Assembly (NCBI RefSeq): GCF_964355755.1
Contig: NC_092679.1
Span: 12,879,432-12,943,431, forward strand
Source: Antedon mediterranea
Lineage: Eukaryota; Animalia; Echinodermata
Reading direction: 5' to 3'
Length of the DNA: 64,000 bases
Shown: one piece after another, positions 38,671 through 52,800 of the stretch
Layout: each line of letters begins with the position of its first letter
Position numbering within the stretch: the first letter of the stretch is position 1
Position numbers and translations under genes: made by a program
The notes under the pieces: generated by a model
Told to the model about the DNA's origin: nothing
Database searches by the model: none
What the model saw: the letters and a program-made list of their open reading frames with translations, nothing else

Positions 38671-40359
38671 ATTAGTGCGTGTGTATAACAATTGTTACAC
38701 CCAAATTCCCGCTTCTGTTTTGCAGCAGCAGCAGGCACGATGCAGATGATCAGAGAAAAAAGGAGCATTCGCTTGTTGTAGGCCTTTTCGATCAGACCAT
38801 GAATGTTTATTTTTATTCCAACCACAATGTCAGTTTAGTGGTAAGTGAATCAATCCATATCTTTACATTTTATTTGTTAAAGTTAAAGTGTTCCTTTTTG
38901 ATAGGCTAGAAGCTAGGCTAGTAGGCCTCTAGTAGGCTCTATAAGCTAGCCAGGCCTGTATTAGTTAGTAGGCCTAGGCTAGGCTACTAAGCTAGGTAGG
39001 CCCTGGCCTAGGCCTAGTCTTTTTTAAATTGCACTAGGCATTTTTCATTCAATTTATAATTATAATAGCCTAGCCTAGGCCTAATATACTTTATAGCCTA
39101 GGCTTATAGGCCTACTACTAGTTAGCCTAGGCCCTACATTGCCTATTTGTTGTTCAAAAAACATTTATTTATTCAACAATAGCATTATACAGTATAATAT
39201 AATTATAGGTGTGTACATAAATGAAAACATAGTAATAAGCCACAAGTTGTAGGCCTACTTCCCAGGGTTCAATTATAAAATAGATTTTTTAGTTTATAAT
39301 ATTAATACTAAATAGTTATACTGGGCTGCCTAGGCCTATTATCAGTTTGTTAATAGGCCTAAGCCTAGTCTATTAATAAGTTATTATTGGTAGCCCTAGT
39401 ATAGCTATTGTAAGTATGCAGTTGATAGATATTACAACTGTGATATTTAAATAATAGATTTCTAATGCAGTATCTAGGCCTAGAGGCCTAGGTCATCTAG
39501 CTATATCTACTGTATCTATTTGTAATCATTCTTAGTAGGCCTAAGTATATAAAATAAATAGTTTATTAATAGTTACTGGCTATTATCAGTTTGTTTATAG
39601 TCTGTTAATAGGTTACTGGTAGGTAGCCCTTGTATAGCAAAATTCAAATGGCATATTCAACAAAAAAATGTTTAAACAATTATTTTTTCAGAGAGACGAT
39701 CTTTAACCTATACAAGTACAAATTTGATGGTCAAGTGCAAAGATGATTAATTTATGGTGAAGTGTGCTTTTGCGTAATTAATTTTTCATGTCAATAGTGA
39801 CAATATTTGGTGCATTTCTTATTGTCTGGTCTAATTCCATTCAGGAATTGTTTTGAATTTTGAAGTTTGAATAAAATGTATACTGTATATTTGGATACTG
39901 TGTCTTGTTTCATTTGATAAGTCTAGATTGTTACAAAAGTGATGTTAAAACATGTGCAATGTTATGGTTAAGATATTAAGGTTTACAAATACTGTACTAT
40001 CTTAATTTTTTGTTAAATAAATTTATAAAATGTATACTGTATATTTGGTTTACTAATGTCTTGTTTCACTTAATAAGTCTAAATTGTTACAAAAGTAACT
40101 GTTGTTGTTTGGTATTCTTCCTTTTACATGTCCAACTGAGTTAAAATATGTGCTTAAAGTTTTCGGACTCGCATATGTATGGACAAGATTAAGGTTTACA
40201 AATACGAGAAAAAAATTAATTTGTTATTATTATTGTCATTATACATTTGTTATTTGCCAATAAGATGAATTATTGTTCTGTATCTGTATTTTAGCCAGAA
40301 AAGATTAGATTTTTAATTTCTGTAGATTTTAAGTATCTAAATTAACAGTAGTTAATTTA

Positions 40360-41370
40360 TGTAGATTTTTAATAGCCAATTTATATGTAGATTTTTAATA
40401 AATAATAGCCCAATAATATCTATATGTAGATTGTTAATAGCCCAATAATAGTTATATGTAGATTTTTAATAGTCCAATAATATCTATATGTAGATTGTTA
40501 ATAGCCCAATAATAGCCAAATAATGTAGATTTTTAATAGCCCAATAATAGCCAAATAATGTAGATTTTTAGTAGACAAATAATAGCCATTTTTAAGTAGA
40601 TTTTTAACAGCCCAATAATAGCCAAATAATGTAGATTTTTAGTAGACAAATAATAGCCATTTTTAAGTAGATTTTTAATAGACCAATAATAGCCAAATAA
40701 TGTAGATTTTTAGTAGACAAATAATAGCCATTTTTAAGTAGATTTTAAATAGACCAATAATATCCAAATAATGTAGATTTTTAGTAGACAAATAATAGCC
40801 ATTTTTATGTAGATTTTTAATAGCCCAATAATAGCCAAATAATGTAGATTTTTAGTAGACAAATAATAGCCATTTTTATGTAGATTTTTAATAGCCCAAT
40901 AATAGCCAAATAATGTAGATTTTTAGTAGACAAATAATAGCCATTTTTATGTAGATTTTTAATAGCCCAATAATAGCCAAATAATGTAGATTTTTAGTAG
41001 ACAAATAATAGCCATTTTTAAGTAGATTTTTAATAGCCCAATAATAGCAAAATAATGTAGATTTTTAGTAGACAAATAATAGCCATTTTTATGTAGATTT
41101 TTAATAGCCCAATAATAGGCAAATAATGTAGATTTTTAGTAGTCGAATAATAGCCAATTATTTAGTAGATTTTTAATAGTATATTAATAGCCAAATAATG
41201 TAGATTTTAAGTAGACAAATTATAGCCATTTTATGTAGATTTTTAATTGCCAAATAATAGCCAATTTATACAGATTTTTAATAGCCCAATAATAGTCATT
41301 TAATTAGTAGATTTTTAATAGCCCATAAATAGCAAATTAATGTAGATTTTTAAAAGCCAAATAATAGCCA
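40360..41370. repeat. Tandem repeat, about 35-36 bp monomer forming a 71-bp dimer
   Basis: Alternating tagatttttaatagcccaataatagccaaataatg and tagatttttagtagacaaataatagccatttttatg. Confidence 0.92.
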
Positions 41371-42295
41371 ATTAAGAATCCATTCTAGATAGATTATTGG
41401 TAGTCTAATCATAGTTGTATTTAGTAGGTGTCGCCTACTAATATCATCGCGAAATATGCTAATGAGGCAAAAATCTACTAACAACTATAAAAAATCTATC
41501 AAATATCTATCTACTAGTAGGTGATAAATAGGCGACAGCTCTATATCTACTAAGCCGGATAGACTATAAGGCTAACCGCTATAGAGCTATAACTACTAAG
41601 ACTTTTTGTTATGGGTGGTCAACATTACATGTTGTAGTCAATGTATACCAAATTTCAGCAATTAAAAACGTATAAATGAATAATTTATAAATAAATAATT
41701 ATTACATATTGAGATTATGTGGGGTATGTTTCAGAATGGTACCATAAACACTACATACTTTTGGAAAACATCCCTACTTAGGGCAACTGGTTCAACATAA
41801 ATTTGTAATTGTTAATAACTAATTACTGTATCTATAACTCAACTTAACTATAGTAAGCAGGATTTCAATAGGTAGTAAATTAGGAAGTACTATACCAAAG
41901 TGCACATTATGCAATTTACTGAAATTGGCTAGATTCTATCTATCTATCTTTATTTTAGGTGATTCACTGACACAACATACCAATTTCCAGTTTTCGACGT
42001 TTGACCAAGATCATGACACAGTAGCCTCATCATGTTCTGTGTCATACAAGGGAGCTTGGTGGTATGGTGCCTGTCACAGTTCAAATCTGAATGGATTGTA
42101 CCTGGGTGGTCAGATCGATCAGTATGGAAAAGGTGTGGTGTGGAGACATTGGAAAGATTACTACTATTCCTTGAAAACTAGCGAGATGAAAATACGTAGA
42201 ATTTAATGGTAGCATATGATATAGCGAAATTGATAACTTTCAATATTTTTTGTGTTGTGAGTATAATAATTAATCTGAAAATTAATAAAATTCAA

Positions 42296-42781
42296 AGACA
42301 CTTTCCCTACGTTTTTTTTTTAATTTATGTAAAATTGAACTATTAATGTGAAAAATAAGTTGATTCTAATAATTTAAGCAGGCTGCTATAATACTAGCAT
42401 GCATCATGCACAGATTGATATTTTTGTTTTGCTATATGCAATATATCGTGAAGGGAAAATGTAGAAGAACAGTATTTCCACAACTTGTATTAACAGATCC
42501 TGTAAAAAAAAGACAATTCAGCTACAAGAAAACGCAAGACTAGGTCTACAGCTAGCGTACAATGTTCATACTGTATGTTACCGCTGTTTACCAGATAGAC
42601 ATAAGGCCCGTCTACGAGGTCATTCAATGCGAGCTACTTAGGTAACACATTGTTTTTCACTTTTTATCGTAATTAACCATAATGTATATTTAAGACAAGG
42701 AATATCCTGGTTTAATGTATGCATTATTTTATTTTTATACCATGTATTTATTTATGTATAAGAATTACAGGGAAAGTGTCT
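42296..42781 (+). mobile_element. Kolobok-type MITE with TCAA TSD
   Basis: TCAA|agacactttccctac...cagggaaagtgtct|TCAA. The interior is homologous to 11350-11975. Confidence 0.8.
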
Positions 42782-43801
42782 TCAATATAAACATATTTTG
42801 TTTTTAAAATGTCGTATTGAACATTGTTAATGATGAAGGGTGTAATGTTCAACCATCCCAGGTTAACATAATAGTGAATGGCGCCCTCTACAGAGGGGTA
42901 TAAGAATAAAGTAGTCTAGTTTTGATGTTATTCATGGACTCACTCGTATGTTCTATTGTCAATCATTTACACACATTGCTACCTTTTCTGACTGTTTTAC
43001 TTTATCATTTTAATTTAGATTTAGCTTATTTTGCTTATTTTATTTTGTATCCCCATTGAGATCCACTGATACCCACAGCATTGTCATTTTTTCTGTAATT
43101 TGCCTTTGGATATATGAATACAATTTTTTGAATACTGTTCGTTTTGTTTTGTAAAACAGAACTGGCCGGGTTATATGTTTTATTGTAGATTAATTCTATT
43201 ACGTGTTGAGTCATCAGTGTATTGTTAAACATCTCAAGTTTTAATGTCTAAATAAACGTTTGAAAAGAAATATTGTACATAAAACTAAAAACAAAGTTTA
43301 ATGTAGCAATCAACAACAAAAAATAATCATCATATGGCTAATTTAAAAATGATGTATTATGAAAGGAAGGAACTTCCGAGTTGACAGAAAACCACTAGTA
43401 AAGTGGTATAAAAATCACCTTAATATTGTTTTTAGTGCTTTTCTTTTTACTACTATACATCAATAAAGGGTGGGAATTTAACATGTACTGAAAATAAAGT
43501 TTTTCAGTAGATGTTAAATTTCTTATTTCTTTATTGCTTTTTTCATATTCAATTAGTAAAAGTAATTAATTTCCATTTGGGTCAACACAAAACATACCAC
43601 TTCTTGAATTGGACGAGCACAGAACAGAGAAAATGAACGTTTTTTCATTATTATTTATCTATTTTATGATCAAAAAGTGGAACAAAATTAACACCATGTG
43701 ATATGAGGCATCTACTATTGTACGGTAATTAAAATGAGTGATAATCATCAAAAAAAGAAAAACAAAAACAAATAATTGTGTACTAAAATCAATTATTGTA
43801 C

Positions 43802-46800
43802 TTACTTTTTTCTGAAGAATATACTCTTTAACGAATGTTTGAACGATTTCTTTGATGAGAGTTTAGAATCATCAATAGCAACATGCTTCTTATTGCGTCT
43901 CGTCTTGCCTGTAACATAATGTTCATCTCCAGCATCATTCCATACCGTTAATGGTGTTGGCATGTCAGCATCTGCTGCATTCTTCTTTTTGCGATTTTTA
44001 GCTTTACTTATTTTACGTAAATCTGGTTGTGAATAATGCTTGGAATTCTCTGTGATGCTACCACCTTCAATTGATGCAGAATCATAAGTTGGCGTACCAT
44101 ATGTATCAGAGGATTTTTGACAGATTGGACTGTCGCATGGAGCAATAATTGGCAAGCTTTTGTACATCATATCATCTGCATCTCGTATCGGACTTTCTCG
44201 TAAAATTGGAAAACTGTTTTCATTATCGCAACCAGTCTTTCTATTCGCTTCTTCGACTTTCGTTGTAATCATAGTTTTCAATTGCATTGTTCTTGAGGGC
44301 GCATTTGTTAGCGTGGATGGTACATAACAGACACTATCTAAATCAGTATCATCTGCACCATAAATTCCATAATTTGATGATGTTGGTAGGGTTCGATGTT
44401 GTTGCCTTCCTCTTAAGATTCTTGAATTTGTTGAAAAGTCAAATTTGTCATTTATATATGGGGAATTGCGCATGTCACTTATTTCAGCATGGGGAATCAC
44501 CACATCTGATCGCAAACTGTATCCGCTTGAAAGTTGACCTATGCTATGGTTACCATTAATCAAACCTGTTGACAGCTGACCAAAAGTACTATGGTTACTC
44601 TGTACAAGACCATATCTTGCCAAAGCTGGTTGAGATTTAGCAAGACTTTGTTCAGGGTATGTAACATCTGTTTTAGATGTTTTCATCCACATACTCTCAG
44701 ACTTTTTCATGTCTTCAATGTGGCTGGCATTCATACTACTCAGAGATGGCGCGGATCTGAACTGCAGCATTTTATGCCGCATTCTTGCTTTGTTGCGTGA
44801 TTTTGGTCGATATTTGTTGATGGCTTTTGATTTGAAGTCACTGAAATGCGAATGCTGGATAGCTTCTGTACTTTTAAGTTGAAAAACAGGACTGGCAGCA
44901 AGTTCACTCAGTAACTGATGGGTGTGGTTAAGCTCCTGAATTAACCTATGACCAGATAACAAAACAACAATAAATGCTAAATTAATGCTCGTTTTACTTT
45001 TGTTGAAAAACTCAACTTCCAAAATCATATTCTTCTTTTCAAAAAATTCATTTTGAAAACCACACTTCAAGAAAAGTTTAGTTTATTATGTCCCAAACAA
45101 ATATTAAGTATCTGGAGAGTTAAAGCATGGCACTATCATTTTTTTAAATCGCTAGAAGAGTACTACAGTCAACTCTCCCAATACCGGACACCCTTGGGCG
45201 GGCATATATTTTCCGGTTTTTCGAAAGTCCGGTTTCCTGAAAACATATTTTTTAAGTCATCACGTTGTCACTGAAAATGCTTTGAATCACCGGTCCGAAT
45301 GCTGCCCGGTACGGTCTCCTAGCGTAGGGAAGGCCTAGGCTAGGCTATGATTGTGTCAATCTAGTTTTAATTAAATAAATACTGATAGGCCTAGGCTAGG
45401 CCTACTTTATTAATATTAAGCTACAGTAATTCAATTTACCTTTTTTAAAAGTTACATTATTTACTGTACCAATAAAACATTACAATAGTAAATTATTGTT
45501 TCTCAATGTAATTTTAACGGCAAAAAGGCCTACGTACGTACGTACGGTGAACATAATTTCGGTCTGTTTATTGTTTTTCGTGAGCTAGCTAGCAGCAGCA
45601 GCATGGGTGAAGGGCTTTGATTGATGCGCATATGCAGAGGTGTCATAATCAAATAAAAACGCCCACACCTAGACCACATGTTTTTTAAGCTCCTTTATTT
45701 TGACGTAATTTGATAGCAATGATGAAAATTGATTAGGTAAACGAGCCAAGCAATAATGACACAATAATTAATTGGTAACATTTCAAAGTTTATTAACACT
45801 AGTTAAGTCAAGTTCATTCCGTTTACGTTTTGCCATAGTGATTTCCAAATTTATAATGATGCACATTTTTAGTGAAACATTCCTTTTTAAAGTCCTATTG
45901 CAATTGTGAATTTAACAATAATTTAAACAAAACAAAGACACAAAGTGGAATGTAAATTGAACTTTATTAAAAAACAATTCATATGCTAAAAAACAGGGAG
46001 TTGTTAACAACTCCCTGCTAAAAACAATAGACATTAAGACATAGCGCTTCGATGTGAAAAAGCCCACCGCAGTTCGATACGCAACAAAGCAATTGCCGCC
46101 TCGTGGGTTAACAATGAACTGACCTGTCAATCACAGTGTAGTGCTCCATGGCAACATTATTTGATCGTACCGCGAAACGTCGCGCACTTCATGCATGGTG
46201 AGGGTATGGTTAAAAGCTTTTGTACATTGTGAATGTATTGAATCCGAGTCAGCGACGACGATGTTACGTTGTTTTCGTAAATATTTGGAGTTTTTTAACT
46301 GTCAGTCCGGTTTTTAGACGCTAATTTTCGTGTTTTGTACTTCATAATTTGTCCGGAATCCGGAATTGGGTATTCCGGTTTTCATGATAAATTACAGTAC
46401 ATTTAGAATAGGGACAAATTGGGCCCTCCAAAAAAGTCCGGTTTTTCGTGAATTCCGGTTTTGGGAGAGTCCGGTATTGGGAGAGTTGACTGTATTCAAA
46501 AAAATCATCTATAATACTGATGTGTTTGGGTGTTTTGTTAAGATGGAAAATCCATTGCATGTATAACCTAAATGCTATTTTTGTGGTATAACCAAAACAA
46601 CTGCGAGAAATTGCATCTTCAACGGAAAACTTCCACGATTATCAGAGGAGACTTTGGAGGTTTTTGAAAAAGTGTGTTTGGTTCTGGTTGACTGTAATAC
46701 AAAAAAAAATTACCTGCTAGTTCTGTTTTCTGGTATTTGTTCATCATTTGAATGTATTCCACTGTCTTTTGTTGAAGACCCCTGACTTGGTGTTTTAGCA

Positions 46801-49800
46801 TTCATGCTTGTGCTATCATAATAAGTAGGTAATTTGTTTTCTTTTCTATCAAATGAAAAGAAATATTAATTATAATAATTGCATTATTTTTGTTTTCTTT
46901 CTTCAGTGACAGTAGCTCACCTTCTTTGGGACACACCTATCGAATAACTCAAGGCAATATTAAGCCTTAACACTACGGCCAAAACCTCTAGTTGTTGCGT
47001 CCAGTTAAAATGGCGTAAAATCTAGTAAAGTGACAATGGATCAAAATGCATAAGTGTCACATCGATATACTGGTTCTAATTCGTTTTGAATAGAAATCTG
47101 ATTGGTTAGGGACATTTCAAATTTTATTAAGTAATGTGTCCCACTTCATGCTTGATAAGCTAATATTTTTTTTAAAAATATATTGTAAAGAAAAAGAATA
47201 TTTATCAAACATGAACACACAATAGATTTGTTTTCAGCTATGTAATGTAATCAAGGTCATAGATTGATACTTAATTACCGTTTATAAAGTATTACAGGGA
47301 ATTGCTTAGTAGTCTGAATGGCCGATTCGATCGCTGGTTTTTGTTCCGTTACAAAGTCAGTCAAGCGTTGCGTAGAGCTCTGTACATAAATATAATCCGG
47401 ATGGTCCACAGATGTACATCTTGATAATTGCTAAAAAATATAAAAAAATTGAAATGGAAACTTCTTTATTATTACAACTTTTAAAAATTAAATACAATAA
47501 AATATATTTTAATAAAATTTAAATCTTAATTGCCAATCTCAATTTGAATATTAATTTTATAAACATTGGTTTTTTTTTTTATCCATGTGTTTGAATTATA
47601 AAAATATAATATATTATAAAATTTGACCAGCAAACTCTAAACAGCTCATTTATATAGATAGAGGAAAGATGAGTACATCTGTGAGAAAAATCGGGCTCAA
47701 TTATAAAAGTTTATAATTATATTTAAACTTTACTAATAAAAAAACATTTCAAAAATGTATTCCATCATCATTTAAATATAATAGAATCATAATAAACCCT
47801 AAATTAGGGTCCACTTGGAGAAATAAATATCTGAGTAAATATTTGAATGTTGAGAAAAGATTGAAGTTATTATTATGTGGACAGTTGGACAGATGGAAAG
47901 TGTGCATTGGCAGTATTTTGTCATGATTGTATGGGCCTAATGTTTTGATCAATTTAATGCAATTCAGAAAGTTATAGAACAATTGAGAATAATAGAGACT
48001 TATTCAGTGGGGTAACATGGGGAGAAAGGACCATTGGTTTAGTGGCAGTGGCAGTTCAATGCTGGGTAGTTGCATTAGGACTGCTCTTGGGCCTATTTTA
48101 AGAGCTCAAACGCTCTTGGACCCTAGCAGTTACACCACTGGACTTAATATAATTATAAGCGTGTCTCAAGAGTCTGAATTCCCTGATTTTGTGACATTTA
48201 CAAAAATGAAGCGACATAGTTGATTACCTTAAGGAAAATAACATATTGAGGTATACGTTGAACAGGACTAAGTAGGCTGCCAACTAGATCTGACTCAATA
48301 AAACCTAAACTAGACAACTGTTTCTGTAAAAGAAAATACATACATTGAATTCATTGATTATTATACAGATATTGACTGCTTAGAGGTTAAATATAAGATT
48401 TGACATCCCCGAGGGAATGATATTAAGTTCGAGGGAATATATATTTCCCGAAGCGCCAGCTGAGGGAAATATATATTCCCCGAGAACTTAATATCATTCC
48501 CGAGGGGATGTCAAATCTTATATTTAACCGATATAAAAGGCAATATCTGTTATATTATATAGCCAAGAACAAGTCTGCTGGGTTGGGTGAAGCTAGGCTA
48601 GGCCTCCTATGTATTTGTATTGTATTTAAACAAGCCTGCCTAGACACCTTACCTTGCGAAGAATAATATACAGATAATTACTAATTAATGATTCCTTGGC
48701 AATAAAATATTCACTTAGGCCTAGGTCGTTTAAATTAACAGAAGAATTTCCATCAATAAGCCTATTAAAAATAATAATATTATAATCAGGTAGGCCGAAT
48801 AAACAATTCGTCTTCTTCTCGATCTTCAAGGAGCCGAATCACCGGATGTTCAGCGCGTACACTAGGTTACTACCGTGAGTATTGACCAATCACAAACGGT
48901 GTTTCATCACATTTAGGGTGGACTTATAACAAATGAGGGCGCTATGTATGCATAGTTTAAATAGTTTAGATGATTAATTTCTTCAAGCAACTTCCGTGGC
49001 ACAGCGGTTGAAGCGTTGTCTTGCGATGGAGTGACAATTCCACCCGAGTTCAAGATCGAGTTGATGACTTTTGTTTATTTATCGGCAACGCGAGTGTTGG
49101 CACACGAAAATTACACAGTCAATATCAACGTACTCGAGAATCTATATGTTTAATGACAGGGGACACGATAATTACGCGAAAATTACACAGTAAATATCAT
49201 CGTTCTCGAGGATATATACGATTTACGATCCTCGCAGCGGTAGTCATGTGATGCAGTTTCAACCAATCACGTTAGCGTATTTACATAGGCTATGTAATAT
49301 AAGTATTTATAGTATGTAGTTTAACTTAAAATATATAATTGATTTTATATATTGATTTTATATACATATATTAAGTATGTATACGTGTACACTTATATAT
49401 GTTGAAGGCCAACAAAGCTAACCTAAATGCAAAGACTTACATTTCTGTACTTCTGTATGTATGTGAATTAAAGAAAATTTACAATTTAGTTTAATAAATA
49501 TTTATTAGTAATATTTCAAACCTCAATGGAGCAATTTTCACTTAAGAGCTGTTTTTGTCTATTTCATATTAACTATTTATAATTTATCACATCTTGAAGT
49601 TGTCATGAATTTATTATCAACCATAGATTGGAGTTTAAAATTTGACTGATCTAGTAAATATTAAATGCTTGTTAAAAACATTTTTGTGTCATGTGGCATT
49701 TTTGTTTTTATTTTGTCATTATACATCATTATAAAGACAACATTATAAAAGGGTCTGGAGAAAAAATGTTACATTATTAGCGTAAATGAATCTGTTTATA

Positions 49801-52800
49801 TTTGAACACTTTCAACGGTTTTGTTTCATAGAACAGCAAATAGAACAACTTGTGTCATCTTTACCATGAGATGACTGTCAGGCTTTCTGTAAAAATACAT
49901 TTATATCGGTTCTGTGACATATCCTGAAAGCTTTTATATAATAGGGAGGGTCAAAATAGATGGGTTGCATTCCAATTGGTTTGCTTTTATTTTCTCATAA
50001 ATAATATTTGGAGGACAGTACGTACAGTATTACAGTATGTATGGTTTTGTTTGTTAACAAAACAGCACTGTTTTATTTTCTGAACGAATGACAAGATTTT
50101 AACAATGCGGTCAACCTCTATTCAGAGGAACACCTCTATCCAGAAAAACACTCCTATTCAGAGTAACACCAATGTGACACAGGGTTGTCTACTGAAGTAT
50201 CTATATCATATATGAATTCCCATCAATTATTAAAACTTACCCTTAAAAACTTGCGGAAAGTGTGAGACTTTTGGCAGTAATAACTCATCTTTGATAAAGA
50301 CCTTGGAAAATTTGCAATATAGCTTGTATACACATCTAGCGTGTCAGCCTGCAAATTAGTGAAATATGGTGATAAATAATATATTATAGACAGTATAATT
50401 GGTTTTATAAAGGGCTACATGTTGCCCAAAGCCTGACGAACCAAAAAATTTGTGGTCAGCCTTTTTTCTGCAATTGAGGATTAACAATGTGAGTATACCG
50501 TAAAACCTAAAAAAAAAAAAACACATGATGTTTTTCTCCTTTTTTAACTCTTGGGTTGCTGCTTTTCGAGATGGACTTGATTTCGAAATTATTTTCGAGG
50601 TTTTACGGTAATTTTCTAAGGCACCCTTATCTTTTTATTTTGATTATACAATATATTTATTAACCAAACATCAGCTTTAAAAAATTCCAAAATTTAGGAA
50701 TTAGCAGAATATAATGTTGACAAATATTGCAATCCAAAATATTTGTGGGCCCGTAACAGGCGTATTTAATAATTTCTCATTGTACAAATAAGTTTACGAT
50801 AAAATTACAAGACTTTTGGAGGGAAAAATAAAGAAAATATATATAAACAAGACAACTGTAACTATAAGGCAAATAATGTACGACTACAGTTCCAGCCAGT
50901 GGCTGCTTGTGTCATTAAAAAACTAAAATAAAGATATACCGAATATTATTATAACTAAATTAAACAAATTGCCTACATTGTATGTATCTGTAATTCTTGC
51001 CAAAATATCACCCATCATGCCTTGCCATTTCCATGTGTTTAAACGACTTTGTAATGACATCAGCAATGATTTGTGCTTCTGAAGTAAAGAGGCTAGCTCA
51101 GTTGGGAACATTACACTAAAAAAATATTTCAATTGAAAATGAAATAAAAATACAAAATATAAAAATAGTATTTTAATGCTTAATTTTTGTATAGTACCAG
51201 TATACACAAGAATTGTGAATGAAGGAAAATTAAAGTAAGCTATTGTTATCTTTTTGTAATCACTAGTAAAGATTGTTTAACTATAGAATCACTTAATGTG
51301 CTTTATCTCAAGATGATTGGACCTTACAATATGTTTTCGAAATATTTGTTGTAAATAAAATCAATATAAATAGAGGATAAAAAATTGCATCACAATTTGT
51401 ATTATACATGAACTAATATATTTTCATCTGGATAGTAAAAGTTTTTTCTACAGCTTCCATAATTTGGAAAATCAAGTTTGTAAACTGTATTCCAATCCCA
51501 TTATCATGTATTCCATACAACACAAAACGGTGACAAAATACTAAATACCTTATATCAGGCTGGGGGATAAATCCTTCACCAAGAAGAGGGTTGTTAAAAT
51601 GCTGTTGTGTGGTTTGTAACTGATTTACATAACGTCTTTCAGATTCTAAGAATTGTCTTGCCAAAGTTTGTCTCAAAGCTGAAGATATACATGAGAGAGA
51701 AATATTTAAGTGAAACTTGTATAATCAATGTGAATTAAAAACAATGTATGTCTAACCAATTTGTGGTTTTAGAAATTTGTCTTAATTGGTCTATTTTGTG
51801 CTTACTCAGCTGATAAACTAAGAATAATAGGGCCTGTTTCTGCTGAGCAAGAGAATACAGCTTTAAAATACTATATTTTGAAAAATAGTATTTTCTTGCC
51901 AGCAGTAACAGGTCCTTATAAAAAGAAACAGTTTTAAAATAGAGCTATTTGGAGCTGCAATGTGATTTTCTTTACAAACTCAGTGTTCTTGTGTATATTT
52001 TCAAGTATGCAAGAGATCCCTGATGATGTGATTCTTCATGAGTGTTATTTCATTAATGTGCTTTATTTTACCTTCTTCAGATGAGATGAATTCAGTTTGT
52101 TTTGGAGGGAAATCCATGGGTCCAAAGGAACTATTGCACGAGCCACTTGATTCCTGTAAAAACAGTCATATGATTACTTCGTAATAAACTAACTCCAAAT
52201 AATTAGAGTTTATATCAAATATGTTTGTGTAGAAAGGTTGTGATCCAACATAAAATCATAAATATCATTTATTTCATAAATCAGTGAAATTCATTTTTTT
52301 TGTATGAGGAATATATTTAAATTGTTTTCATTGACTAAGTACCCAGATCCTCTTTATTTTATTGCACAAGTGAAAGTAAAACTACTGTACATTTGATTCA
52401 TTAACCCTAAATTAACGATGGGAATTATTAGTGGTTTGGAAGGCGAAATCAATATTTTCATATAAAGTTTGCAGTATACCACGTATATATAAATATAAAA
52501 CCCAAAGGCAAATTACTGAAAAAATGACAATGCTGTGGGTACCATGGTGTACTGCAAATTTTATATCAACATGGGAATTATTAGGTTTTTCAATATGATG
52601 TTTCAAGTTAATACAAGTGACACTTTATGATGTGTCGTGTGACTATTTTACTATTGAGTCTAACAGTCAATCTGCATGTTTCACTGCCTAAAGTAGTTTC
52701 TGGCATATCATCAAATAACATGAAGGTCATAGTTTGAGAGTGATGCATGTTATACTAACTTATAGACACAAATGATAAGCGCATATTAAAATGATCTTAT

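Larger units (their letters stand above)
37595..41615. mobile_element. Non-autonomous CACTA/EnSpm-like element carrying two minisatellites
   Basis: TG|cccataacgaaa...ttttgttatggg|TG, giving CCC termini and a 2-bp TSD. Internal tandem arrays lie near both ends. Confidence 0.7.
35363..42206 (+). pseudogene. Tandem FReD paralogue retaining only exon 1 (35363-35524) and the last exon (41959-42206)
   Basis: Exon 1 is homologous to 15030-15174, but a net 4-nt insertion near the start gives TGA at 35396-35398. The last exon ([20 protein letters not shown]...GAWWYGACHSSNLNG...SEMKIRRI) is intact. Exons 2-3 were not found in between. Confidence 0.75.

Noticed and set aside
46619-47020. Extra ARHGEF33 exons
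   Set aside because: Donor-like sites exist, but I found no phase-compatible stop-free exon. The flanking exons already join in frame.
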